From: Candidatus Mcinerneyibacteriota bacterium
GTDB taxonomy: Bacteria > Macinerneyibacteriota > Macinerneyibacteria > Macinerneyibacteriales > DSCS01
Assembly: GCA_016937175.1 (NCBI GenBank)
Contig: JAFGWL010000056.1
Coordinates: 100,437-164,436 of the forward strand
Direction of reading: 5' to 3'
Length of the DNA stretch: 64,000 nt
The first letter of the stretch is position 1, and each line of letters opens with the position of its first letter. This document shows positions 42,766 to 51,001 of the stretch, one piece after another. Under the pieces are notes generated by a model. It was not told the origin of the DNA. It worked only from the letters and a program-made list of their open reading frames with translations, and did no database searches. Position numbers and translations under genes: made by a program.

Positions 42766-44547
42766 TCAGTGTTTGTGGGTGATCTCCCTGACAGCATCTC
42801 CTGAGACGACACTTCTCTCCACATAGTTGGTATGGAGAAGTTTGTGCGCCTTTTTGGAGCCGGGTTCGCCCAGAAACTCTTTATAGAGGTTCAGGATCGC
42901 TTCATTGTGATGAGAGCAGCGTTTTGGCAGAGAAGAATCCTCTTGATAGAGGCCTTCACCGCGGCGGGCTCTCATGGCGATGGAACTGCCGTAGGGCTGT
43001 CCGCCGCCGCCTACGCAACCTCCGGGGCAGGCCATGATCTCAATGAATGCATACTCGCTCTTTCCTGTCTCTTCCAGCTGTTTCGAGACTTTGGTCAGAA
43101 GCTCCCTGGCATTGCCCAGTCCATGAGCCACGGCAACTTTTACTTTCCCGACACCGGGGATCTCCAGCTCAGCTTCCTTGATCCCTTCCATCCCGCGGAC
43201 AGGTTTGATGTCCACGTTGGGCATGTCCTTTTTGGTGAGCAGATAGTAGGCTGAGCGCACAGCCGCTTCCATGACTCCGCCGGTTGCGCCGAAGATCGTA
43301 GCAGCCCCAGTATAATCGGCCAGAGCATGGTAGGGTTCTTCTTCGGGAAGGTTTTTAAAGTCCAGTCCCGCTTCACGGATCATACGGACAAATTCCCGTG
43401 TGGTAAGGACATAATCCACATCCTGATAACCGCTGTCACGCATTTCAGGACGCTGGGCTTCGAATTTCTTCGCTGTACAGGGCATGATGGAGACAGAGAC
43501 GATTTTTTCCGGGTCGATCCCGCTCTTTTCTGCATAATAGGTCTTGGTCAAAGCTCCCATCATCTGCTGAGGCGATTTGGCTGTTGAGGTATTCTCTCCA
43601 AGATTGGGGAAGAAGGTCTCCATAAACTTGACCCATCCCGGAGAACAGGAGGTGATCAGAGGCAGTTTCCCGCCGTTGTTGATCCTCTGGACCAGCTCTG
43701 TCCCCTCTTCCATAATGGTCAGGTCAGCAGAGAAATTGGTATCGAAGATCGCGTCAAACCCTATTCTTTTCAAAGCGGCATACATCTTGCCCACGGTGAC
43801 AGATCCGATCTCCATGCCGAACTCTTCGCCGATGGAGGCGCGGATAGCCGGAGCTTCCTGGACGACAACATGCTTTTCGGGATCCAGAATCGCATCCCAG
43901 ACCGCTTCCAGATGACTCTGTTCGCGCAGAGCGCCTGTGGGACAGTAGACAATACACTGGCCACAGTTAACACAGGGGCTCGCGCCCATCCCCGCTGAAA
44001 AGGCAGTATCCACATGGGCTTCAAAGCCCCGGTCTGTGATCTCGATGGCATGGACGGTCTGGATCTCGTCACACACAGTGACACAGCGCCCGCAGAGGAT
44101 ACACTTGTCAGGGTCGCGGACGATAGCGACGCTGGTCTTGTCTTCGGGGCGATGATCCAGGATCTTTTCATACATATGCATGTCCACACCCAGGTCGTTG
44201 GCCAGCTTCTGAAGCTCGCACTTTTCGTTGGCGGCGCAGGAAGGACAGTCCACGTTATGGTTGGAGAGGACAAGTCCCACGACAGCTTTACGCCGCTCTC
44301 TCAGTAACTTTGAATTAGTGATGACCTTCATTCCGGGGGCGACAGGGGTACAGCAGGCTCTCTGCATCCCGGGGCGTCCTTCATACTCGATGACGCAGAC
44401 ACCACAGGCCGCTGTGGGCGGCAGGTCTTCATGGTAACATAATGTGGGAATACTCTTCCCGGCCTTTTTGGCTGCATTTAAGATGGTCGTCCCTTCGGGT
44501 ACTTCCACTTCAATGCCGTCAATATACAATTTGACCATTTCAGCCAT
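42766..44547 (-). CDS. hydA: [FeFe] hydrogenase catalytic subunit (M3 architecture, NuoEF-associated group A3-like)
   Basis: An N-terminal [2Fe-2S] domain, a His-ligated cluster (HNVDCPSCAANEKC) and two ferredoxin-type CxxCxxCxxxCP motifs. H-cluster L2 MPCTAKKFE and L3 EIMACPGGCVGGGGQP are present. L1 reads TSCSPGW (see findings). Confidence 0.95.
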   Translation of the reverse strand: MAEMVKLYIDGIEVEVPEGTTILNAAKKAGKSIPTLCYHEDLPPTAACGVCVIEYEGRPGMQRACCTPVAPGMKVITNSKLLRERRKAVVGLVLSNHNVDCPSCAANEKCELQKLANDLGVDMHMYEKILDHRPEDKTSVAIVRDPDKCILCGRCVTVCDEIQTVHAIEITDRGFEAHVDTAFSAGMGASPCVNCGQCIVYCPTGALREQSHLEAVWDAILDPEKHVVVQEAPAIRASIGEEFGMEIGSVTVGKMYAALKRIGFDAIFDTNFSADLTIMEEGTELVQRINNGGKLPLITSCSPGWVKFMETFFPNLGENTSTAKSPQQMMGALTKTYYAEKSGIDPEKIVSVSIMPCTAKKFEAQRPEMRDSGYQDVDYVLTTREFVRMIREAGLDFKNLPEEEPYHALADYTGAATIFGATGGVMEAAVRSAYYLLTKKDMPNVDIKPVRGMEGIKEAELEIPGVGKVKVAVAHGLGNARELLTKVSKQLEETGKSEYAFIEIMACPGGCVGGGGQPYGSSIAMRARRGEGLYQEDSSLPKRCSHHNEAILNLYKEFLGEPGSKKAHKLLHTNYVERSVVSGDAVREITHKH

Positions 44548-44598
44548 AATAAAACCCTCCTTAGCGTAAATTCCTATTTATAACCACAGAACAGCCTG

Positions 44599-46230
44599 TC
44601 ACCGGCGTTCCGCTCCATTCATCCTGCAAATATCCTTCATACAGACCTTTCGCCGGATGTGCTCCTCTATCTCATCCTGAAAGAATCGCACAGCCGTATG
44701 GATCACCAGATAGGGTGATTGTCCCAGGGCACACAAAGCTGTGGTGCTCATGGCTTCGGAAAGCGTGAGCATCTGTTCCAGGTCTTCATCACTCCCCTTA
44801 CCGGAATAGATCTTATCCGCCAGGGAATAGAGCTGGGCAGTCCCGATCCGGCAAGGAGAACACTTCCCGCAGGATTCATGTTTGAAGAAGAAGAGGATAT
44901 TTCGAAGCATATCCACAATACAACTCTCTTCGTTCATGACAAGGATGGCGCCTGAACCCAGGACAGCCTTGTATTCACCCAGATGGTCATAATCCATACG
45001 GACATCAAGCATCTCTTCGTTGAGGAAAGCCCCTGCGGCACCGCCGACCAGGGCACACTTGAATTTTCCGCCTTTTACGCCTCCTGCATATTTATAGATA
45101 ATGTCGCGAAGAGTAGTCCCCATTTCCACTTCGATAAGCCCCGGGTTGTTCACATGCCCCAGGATCGTGTATACTTTGGTCCCGGTGGACTTTTCAGTCC
45201 CTATGGATTTAAACCATTCGGGCCCATTGAGGATGATGGACGGTATATTGGACAATGTCTCCACATTATTGACTACAGTAGGCTGCTGCCAGAGTCCTTT
45301 GACGCCCGGGAAAGGCGGTTTGACACGGGGATTTCCCCGGCCGCCTTCCAGTGAGTTGATCAAAGCAGTCTCTTCGCCGCAAACATACGCTCCGGCACCC
45401 TTTTTGATCTCAAGGTCAAAAGAGAAGGATGTCCCGAAAATATTTTTCCCTAAAAGTCCATAGGCACGGGCATCTTCAATGGCTTTCTGCGTCCGGCTGA
45501 TAGAGAGAGCATACTCTCCGCGGATGTAGATAAAGCCCTTTTCAGCACCGATGGCGTAGGCTGCGATAGCCATGCCTTCGATGAGCTTATGAGGATCCCC
45601 TTCCATAATGAGACGGTCTTTGAATGTACCGGGTTCACCTTCGTCGGCGTTACAGACGATATACTTCGGTGTATTCTTCAGAGGGGCTGTAAAAGACCAC
45701 TTTAATCCAGTGGGGAATCCGGCCCCGCCGCGTCCCCGAAGGCCGCTGGTTTTGACCATGTCGATGATCTCTTCAGGCTTGTGGGCCGTCAGGGCCTTCC
45801 CAAGAGCTTCATATCCGTTGACAGCGATATACTCGTCGATGCTTTCGGGGTCGATCAAACCGGAATTGGCCAGGACCACCCTATTCTGCTTTTTGAGTTC
45901 CTGAGCCGTCTCCCTGAAAGAGATAACGCTCTGATCGACTTTTCCGGTAAACTGGAGCCGTTTCACAGGGCGTCCTTTCAGAAGATGCTCACTGACTATC
46001 TCACGGACGTCTTCCGGTGTGACATTGACATAGGTGACATCGTCTGGCTGGATCAGCATGACGACGCCTTTCCCCATGATTCCCATGGTACCTGTCTCTA
46101 CTACCATGATCTCGCTGGAAAGGCCCTGCTCAGCCAGTATCCTGTTCAGTTCGCTTTCGACCTTCCGGGCGCCGGCGATGAGTGTATCTTCATCAATACT
46201 TATTAAGACATACTTGGTAATCAAGCTCAT
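44599..46230 (-). CDS. NuoF-like flavoprotein subunit, second copy (no C-terminal 2x[4Fe-4S] domain; Cys-less N-terminal module)
   Basis: GLRGRGGAGFPTGLKW (FMN site), ESCGKCSPCRIG...ALCALGQS (N3-type cluster). The N-terminal thioredoxin-like module has no Cys. The protein ends about 25 aa after the NuoF core. ATGA overlap with the upstream nuoE-like gene. Confidence 0.9.
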   Translation of the reverse strand: MSLITKYVLISIDEDTLIAGARKVESELNRILAEQGLSSEIMVVETGTMGIMGKGVVMLIQPDDVTYVNVTPEDVREIVSEHLLKGRPVKRLQFTGKVDQSVISFRETAQELKKQNRVVLANSGLIDPESIDEYIAVNGYEALGKALTAHKPEEIIDMVKTSGLRGRGGAGFPTGLKWSFTAPLKNTPKYIVCNADEGEPGTFKDRLIMEGDPHKLIEGMAIAAYAIGAEKGFIYIRGEYALSISRTQKAIEDARAYGLLGKNIFGTSFSFDLEIKKGAGAYVCGEETALINSLEGGRGNPRVKPPFPGVKGLWQQPTVVNNVETLSNIPSIILNGPEWFKSIGTEKSTGTKVYTILGHVNNPGLIEVEMGTTLRDIIYKYAGGVKGGKFKCALVGGAAGAFLNEEMLDVRMDYDHLGEYKAVLGSGAILVMNEESCIVDMLRNILFFFKHESCGKCSPCRIGTAQLYSLADKIYSGKGSDEDLEQMLTLSEAMSTTALCALGQSPYLVIHTAVRFFQDEIEEHIRRKVCMKDICRMNGAERR

Positions 46231-46688
46231 ACATTCCCCTCCCTGTAATCCTTAATGATCTTGCGAAGTTTCTTGGGAGTCAAATTTCCGAAGACCTCTT
46301 CGTCAATCATCATGGCCGGAGCCACACCGCATACTCCCAGGCAGGAAGTGATCTCCAGAGTAAAGAGCATGTCGGGAGTCGTCTGTCCCACATCAATACC
46401 AAGCTCTTCTTTCAGGATATCCAGAATACTCTCCGATCCCATGAGGTGGCACGGAGGAGAATCACAGAGCCGGATGACATGTTTCCCACGAGGTTTCTGC
46501 GAGATCATGGAGTAGAATGTGGCTGTCCCGTAGACCTTGGAGTAGGGCAGCCCAAGAAAATCAGCGATCTCCTCCATGTCTTCCTCAGTTACATAGTTAT
46601 ACGGGCTTGCGTCCTGAATATCGTGCAGAATATAGAGCAGATTATCAGGCTTCGCCTCGTATTTTCTGAGTATTTCCTTTCGTTTCAT
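46227..46688 (-). CDS. NuoE-like [2Fe-2S] subunit, second copy
   Basis: CDSPPCHLMG and ITSCLGVCGVAPAMMID supply the four Cys of the NuoE/HydC thioredoxin-like cluster. Confidence 0.9.
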   Translation of the reverse strand: MKRKEILRKYEAKPDNLLYILHDIQDASPYNYVTEEDMEEIADFLGLPYSKVYGTATFYSMISQKPRGKHVIRLCDSPPCHLMGSESILDILKEELGIDVGQTTPDMLFTLEITSCLGVCGVAPAMMIDEEVFGNLTPKKLRKIIKDYREGNV

Positions 46689-46716
46689 ACCATCTCCCCT
46701 TTCAATCTAATGTCCC

Positions 46717-46741
46717 GGGAAAGAGTGGCAGGCTCTTTCCC
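46717..46741 (-). other. 9-bp perfect intra-operon hairpin between the two NuoEF modules
   Basis: GGGAAAGAG-N7-CTCTTTCCC within the 66-nt gap. No U-tract follows on the transcribed (minus) strand. Confidence 0.5.
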
Positions 46742-46754
46742 TCTACGATTACGG

Positions 46755-48557
46755 TCAATTTTCTCCCGAAAGGCGCTGTACGGCACCAAAGGGGCAGACA
46801 TCATAACAGCTGCCGCAGGAGACGCACTTCTCCTGTTCGATTACATGGATCACACCGCGCTGGCCGCGGATAGCATCCACAGGGCATTTCTGAGCACAAA
46901 GGGTACAGGCTTTACACTTTTCGGCGTCTATCTCATAGGAGATCAGGTCTTTACAGACAAGAGCACGGCATTTTTTATCGTGTATATGTTCTTCATACTC
47001 ATGCCTGAAATATTTGATGGTGGAGAGGACCGGGTTGGGAGCAGTCTGTCCCAGGCCGCAAAGAGCTGTGGTCTTGATCGTATTTCCCAGTTTTTCCAGC
47101 GCTTCGATATCTCCCTCTTCGCCTTCGCCTTTGGTGATCTTATCCAGAAGTCCGTACATCTGCTTCAATCCCACACGGCATGGAGTACACTTACCGCAGG
47201 ACTCAAAGCAGGTGAAATCCAAAAAGAATTTCGCTGTATTGACCATACAGGCTGTCTCGTCCATGGCGATAACCCCGCCGGAACCCATCATGGCTCCCAA
47301 TTGTGTCAGAGATTCATAATCGATGGGGGTGTCAAAGTATTCAGGAGTCACACATCCCCCTGAGGGGCCGCCAAGCTGAACAGCTTTGATCTCATGGCCT
47401 TCGGGAGCTCCGCCGCCGATATCGTAGATCAGCTCGCGGATGGTGGTTCCCATGGGGACTTCAGCAAGCCCGGTGTTCTTAATAGTTCCTGACAAGGCGA
47501 AGACCTTTGTCCCTTTGCTTGTCTCCGTCCCTATTTTGGCCATCCAGGCTCCGCCGTTAAGGATAATATGACGGACGTTGGCATAAGTCTCCACATTATT
47601 GAGGACTGTGGGTTTTCCCCAGACTCCTGATGCAGAGGGATAGGGCGGACGAGGACGGGGAGTCCCCCGTTTTCCTTCGATGGAATGGATCAGGGCTGTC
47701 TCTTCTCCGCAGACAAAGGCTCCGGCCCCGACTCTGACTTCCAGGTCGAAAGAAAAATCAGACTGAAAGATCTTTTCGCCGAGAAAACCTACATCTTTAG
47801 CCTGGCTGATAGCCTTCTGGAGCCGTTCGATGGCCAGAGGATATTCAGCACGCACATAGACATAACCCTTAGAGGCCCCCACCACATAACCTGCGATCGC
47901 CATCCCTTCGATGAGAGTATGGGGATCTCCTTCGATGACAGAGCGGTCCATGAAGGCTCCGGGATCTCCTTCGTCAGCATTACAGATGACATATTTCTCG
48001 TCGCTCTTCTCGTTTTTTGTGAACATCCACTTCATATGAGTGGGAAAACCGCCCCCCCCGCGTCCGCGGAGCCCGCTGATCTTGATCTCGTTCAAAACCG
48101 TATCCGGGGTCATCTCTGTGACCGCTTTGCCTAGAGCTTCGTATCCGCCTACAGCGATATACTCTTCGATGCTTTCGGGGTCGATGTTTCCGCAATTCGC
48201 CAGGACGATCTTCACCTGCTTCTGAAAATAATCCACCTCGCTGCTTTTGTGAACAAGCTCGTCTGTGAGGGGTGATTTATACATGAGGCGCTCTACTGGG
48301 CGCCCTTTGAGAAAATGCTGTTCAACGATTTCCCTGACATCCTCGACTTGAACTTTTTTATACAGGGTTTCGTCGGGGTAGACCAGGATGACCGGTCCCA
48401 GCTGACAAGGGCCCATACACCCGGTTTCGATTACCTTGATCTCCTTATTGAGTCCCAGCCTGTCGATCTCGGCCAGCATGGCTTCCTTGACCTTGAGGCT
48501 GTCGTTTGATATGCAGGATGCGCCGCTGCACACCAGCACATTCAATCTGTGAGCCAT
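46755..48557 (-). CDS. hydB: NuoF-like flavoprotein subunit HydB/HndC type (full length)
   Basis: An N-terminal thioredoxin-like [2Fe-2S] module (VCSGASCIS...TGCMGPCQLGP), GLRGRGGGGFPTHMKW, ESCGKCTPCRVG, and a C-terminal 2x[4Fe-4S] domain (CKACTLCAQKCP, CVSCGSCYDVCP). Confidence 0.93.
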   Translation of the reverse strand: MAHRLNVLVCSGASCISNDSLKVKEAMLAEIDRLGLNKEIKVIETGCMGPCQLGPVILVYPDETLYKKVQVEDVREIVEQHFLKGRPVERLMYKSPLTDELVHKSSEVDYFQKQVKIVLANCGNIDPESIEEYIAVGGYEALGKAVTEMTPDTVLNEIKISGLRGRGGGGFPTHMKWMFTKNEKSDEKYVICNADEGDPGAFMDRSVIEGDPHTLIEGMAIAGYVVGASKGYVYVRAEYPLAIERLQKAISQAKDVGFLGEKIFQSDFSFDLEVRVGAGAFVCGEETALIHSIEGKRGTPRPRPPYPSASGVWGKPTVLNNVETYANVRHIILNGGAWMAKIGTETSKGTKVFALSGTIKNTGLAEVPMGTTIRELIYDIGGGAPEGHEIKAVQLGGPSGGCVTPEYFDTPIDYESLTQLGAMMGSGGVIAMDETACMVNTAKFFLDFTCFESCGKCTPCRVGLKQMYGLLDKITKGEGEEGDIEALEKLGNTIKTTALCGLGQTAPNPVLSTIKYFRHEYEEHIHDKKCRALVCKDLISYEIDAEKCKACTLCAQKCPVDAIRGQRGVIHVIEQEKCVSCGSCYDVCPFGAVQRLSGEN

Positions 48558-48578
48558 AGTCTTTTCCTCCTCGTTCCC

Positions 48579-48947
48579 CTACTTTTCCTCCATGGAAATC
48601 AGGTAGTCTTCCACGACTTTACCGTTGACAATATGCTCTTCGACAACTTTTTTCACCTTCGAAGGATTCATGTCCCCGTAGATGATTACAGGTTTTTTCT
48701 CTTCGTGGATCTCGACGATAGGTTCCATAGAGCTCATGCCCTTCTCCCCGGTCTGGGTCACCATGACATCTGTGAGGTTTTTCTGGTTGATCTCTGTTAT
48801 AAAGGCCTTAAGGACTTCACGGGCCCCTGCAGCGATTCCGGATGTCCCCATCCCCACGACGACTTTGATCTTGGCATCTTTGGAACGAAGCTGGATCTCT
48901 TTCTGTGCTTTCTCTCTTAATTTTCTCAGTTCTTCAAGATTTTTCAT
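48579..48947 (-). CDS. HndB/HydD-like thioredoxin-fold protein lacking all cysteines
   Basis: The 122-aa protein aligns with the N-terminal module of the neighbouring HydB (KVVVGMGTSGIAAGAREV...TQTGEKGMSSMEPIVEI...VKKVVEEHIVNGKVVEDY). It contains zero Cys. Confidence 0.75.
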   Translation of the reverse strand: MKNLEELRKLREKAQKEIQLRSKDAKIKVVVGMGTSGIAAGAREVLKAFITEINQKNLTDVMVTQTGEKGMSSMEPIVEIHEEKKPVIIYGDMNPSKVKKVVEEHIVNGKVVEDYLISMEEK

Positions 48948-48966
48948 AAAAATACCTCCCGCCTTT

Positions 48967-49461
48967 TTAGCCTAAAGTGCGATATTTCTTAATGATCTCA
49001 ACCACTTTTTTTCGGTCTACGTGCCCGTAGACATCTTCATTGACCATAAGGACAGGGGCCAGTCCGCAGGCTCCGAAACAACGAGCTGTGGTCAATGTAA
49101 AAAGATTATCTTCCGTGGTCTCACCCTCGCCGATCCCCAGTTCATCTTTAAAGATATCGACGATTTTGGAGGCCCCTTTGACATAACAGGCCGTTCCCAT
49201 ACAGATATTGACCACATACTTTCCCCGTGGTGTCATACTGAAGAAGTTGTAAAATGTCACAACACCGTAGACGGTACTCAGGGGGATGTCCAGTTCTCTG
49301 GAGATAAAAGTCTGTACTTCCATGGGCAGATACCCGAAGATCCCCTGTGCCCTGTGCAGGACATTGATCAACGGGCCGGGCATATTCCGGACTGATTCAA
49401 TATAGGCTCCGAGCTCCCGATATTGCTCATTGTCAGGAATATGGATTTTTAACGCTTCCAT
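48967..49461 (-). CDS. hydC: NuoE-like [2Fe-2S] subunit HydC/HndA type, first gene of the operon
   Basis: CMGTACYVKG and TTARCFGACGLAPVLMVN supply four Cys. The SD GGAAGGAGG lies upstream. Confidence 0.9.
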   Translation of the reverse strand: MEALKIHIPDNEQYRELGAYIESVRNMPGPLINVLHRAQGIFGYLPMEVQTFISRELDIPLSTVYGVVTFYNFFSMTPRGKYVVNICMGTACYVKGASKIVDIFKDELGIGEGETTEDNLFTLTTARCFGACGLAPVLMVNEDVYGHVDRKKVVEIIKKYRTLG

Positions 49462-49608
49462 AAAAAAATCCTCCTTCCGGTGAAAAGAAATAACCCAAAA
49501 TGTTATATAAAGCTAACATAAGCGCTTTCATATTGTTACCAAAATCACTATACTGATGCCGCTTATAAAAGCAACAATTTTTTTCAGAAAGTTCAAAAAA
49601 GAGAAGAT

Positions 49609-49633
49609 ATATCGATATATCGAGATTTATCGA
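49609..49633. repeat. Three direct (A/T)TATCGA repeats with an embedded 12-bp palindrome
   Basis: ATATCGA at 49609-49615 and 49617-49623, and TTATCGA at 49627-49633 (starts 8 and 10 nt apart). TATATCGATATA at 49608-49619 is a perfect palindrome. Lies about 150-170 nt upstream of the hydrogenase operon start. Confidence 0.5.
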
Positions 49634-49678
49634 TTATATAGGGGGTCCAGGGGGAAGATTTCCCCCCTTTAACGCTGC

Positions 49679-51001
49679 TTAAAAAGAATATTCCATAGAA
49701 GTGGTGACCGTCCACTTCCGGTTGTCATTTTCACTGAAGGAGGGATACTGAATAGATGTGTAGGCCCCTTCCAGCGAGAAAATATACTTAAAAAAGAGGT
49801 TATAGCGAAGTCCCAGGGAGAGATCGTATTGGGTATAGTCAGCATTCATCTCGTCTTCGATGAAATACTGCTTCCACTCATAAGAGAAGTCGCTGCTGAT
49901 AGTCAGAGCCCGTCCCAGGCTTCGGGAGACCTCGCCGTAAAGATTATTGATAAAGTTGCTGTTTTTGGCTTCGGGATAAGTCGTCGAGGCAAGGTCTTCG
50001 ATCTTCTGTAGTTCCCAGTTATTTCCCACGTAGAAAGTCCACGGGCCCGCCCAGACAGACCAGGAGCCTTCGGCCATATAATAGGAGTAGGAGAGGCGGC
50101 TCTCCGATTCCCGCTCAAAAGACTTGTTCCCTGTCTTGATTATCAGTGTCAGGGGATTCTCAAAGAAATTGAGCTCGATCCCCCCTTCCCATTGGAGATA
50201 ATCCCCCAGGCCGAGGTCTTCCCGATAGAGAGAGAGATCCCCCAGCAGAAACGGGGTGAATGAAGGCGCCGTTTTGTAACCCAGACGGAGAGAAAGGTCT
50301 CCCCTGTTGTAGTCGTCCATCTCTTCGGTGGAAAATGCATAGGTCCGGTGTGAAATAGAGGCCGTCGAATTGATGACCCACAGGCCCGGATAAAAATATC
50401 CGCTGGCCATGAGGTCGGCTCCTGTATAATCAGGGGTGACCTCCCCCTTGTAGTCTCGCCGCTCTCCCCGTAAAGAGAGATAGATATCTCCCAGTCCCGC
50501 AGCGATATTCCCTGCAAATCCGGTGTAATCGGAAAGGCCCGTCTCTTCCCGGCTGTACCCGGTCTGCTCAAAAGTCAGGTCCCCGCTCCAGTATCCCCCG
50601 TTCGGGCGGTAATGGACAGAGGAAAGATATAAAGATAGGGTGGAACTGTTGTTGTCCGTCTCCGTGATATCATCACGGTCGATATAATTGAGGGCCCCAT
50701 AGAAGTTCCCCCAGAAAGAATGTGTCCCGGTATAAGAGAGACGTCCCTCTTTTTCATCGTAGAAGTCATCCCGACTCATGTCGGCATAGAGCCCCCACTG
50801 GCTCTCTCCCTGGAGCAGGGTAAGGGAGAGGGAGCCCTGGGCATATCCGCTCTCTTCACGTATCTCCGACCCGTCGATCTCTTTCCTGAAAGAGGAGTCA
50901 TATCCCCCGCCTAAGGAGACGGTACCGTCCAGAGCTGCCAGAGGTTCACAGGCAGCCAGGAAAAGCAGGCATAAAAAGAGGTTCACGATACCCGTTTTCA
51001 T
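49679..51001 (-). CDS. Outer-membrane beta-barrel-like protein
   Basis: Signal peptide MKTGIVNLFLCLLFLAA, alternating aromatic/polar strands rich in Tyr/Gly/Ser, and a C-terminal MEYSF (terminal Phe signature). Its ATG at 51001 overlaps the upstream stop (ATGA). Confidence 0.7.
   Translation of the reverse strand: MKTGIVNLFLCLLFLAACEPLAALDGTVSLGGGYDSSFRKEIDGSEIREESGYAQGSLSLTLLQGESQWGLYADMSRDDFYDEKEGRLSYTGTHSFWGNFYGALNYIDRDDITETDNNSSTLSLYLSSVHYRPNGGYWSGDLTFEQTGYSREETGLSDYTGFAGNIAAGLGDIYLSLRGERRDYKGEVTPDYTGADLMASGYFYPGLWVINSTASISHRTYAFSTEEMDDYNRGDLSLRLGYKTAPSFTPFLLGDLSLYREDLGLGDYLQWEGGIELNFFENPLTLIIKTGNKSFERESESRLSYSYYMAEGSWSVWAGPWTFYVGNNWELQKIEDLASTTYPEAKNSNFINNLYGEVSRSLGRALTISSDFSYEWKQYFIEDEMNADYTQYDLSLGLRYNLFFKYIFSLEGAYTSIQYPSFSENDNRKWTVTTSMEYSF

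Noticed and set aside
49650-49666. The GGGGGAA-N3-TTCCCCC hairpin after the OMP gene, considered as a terminator.
   Set aside because: The stem is only 7 bp and there is no U-tract on the transcribed strand. It may help termination but is too weak to call.
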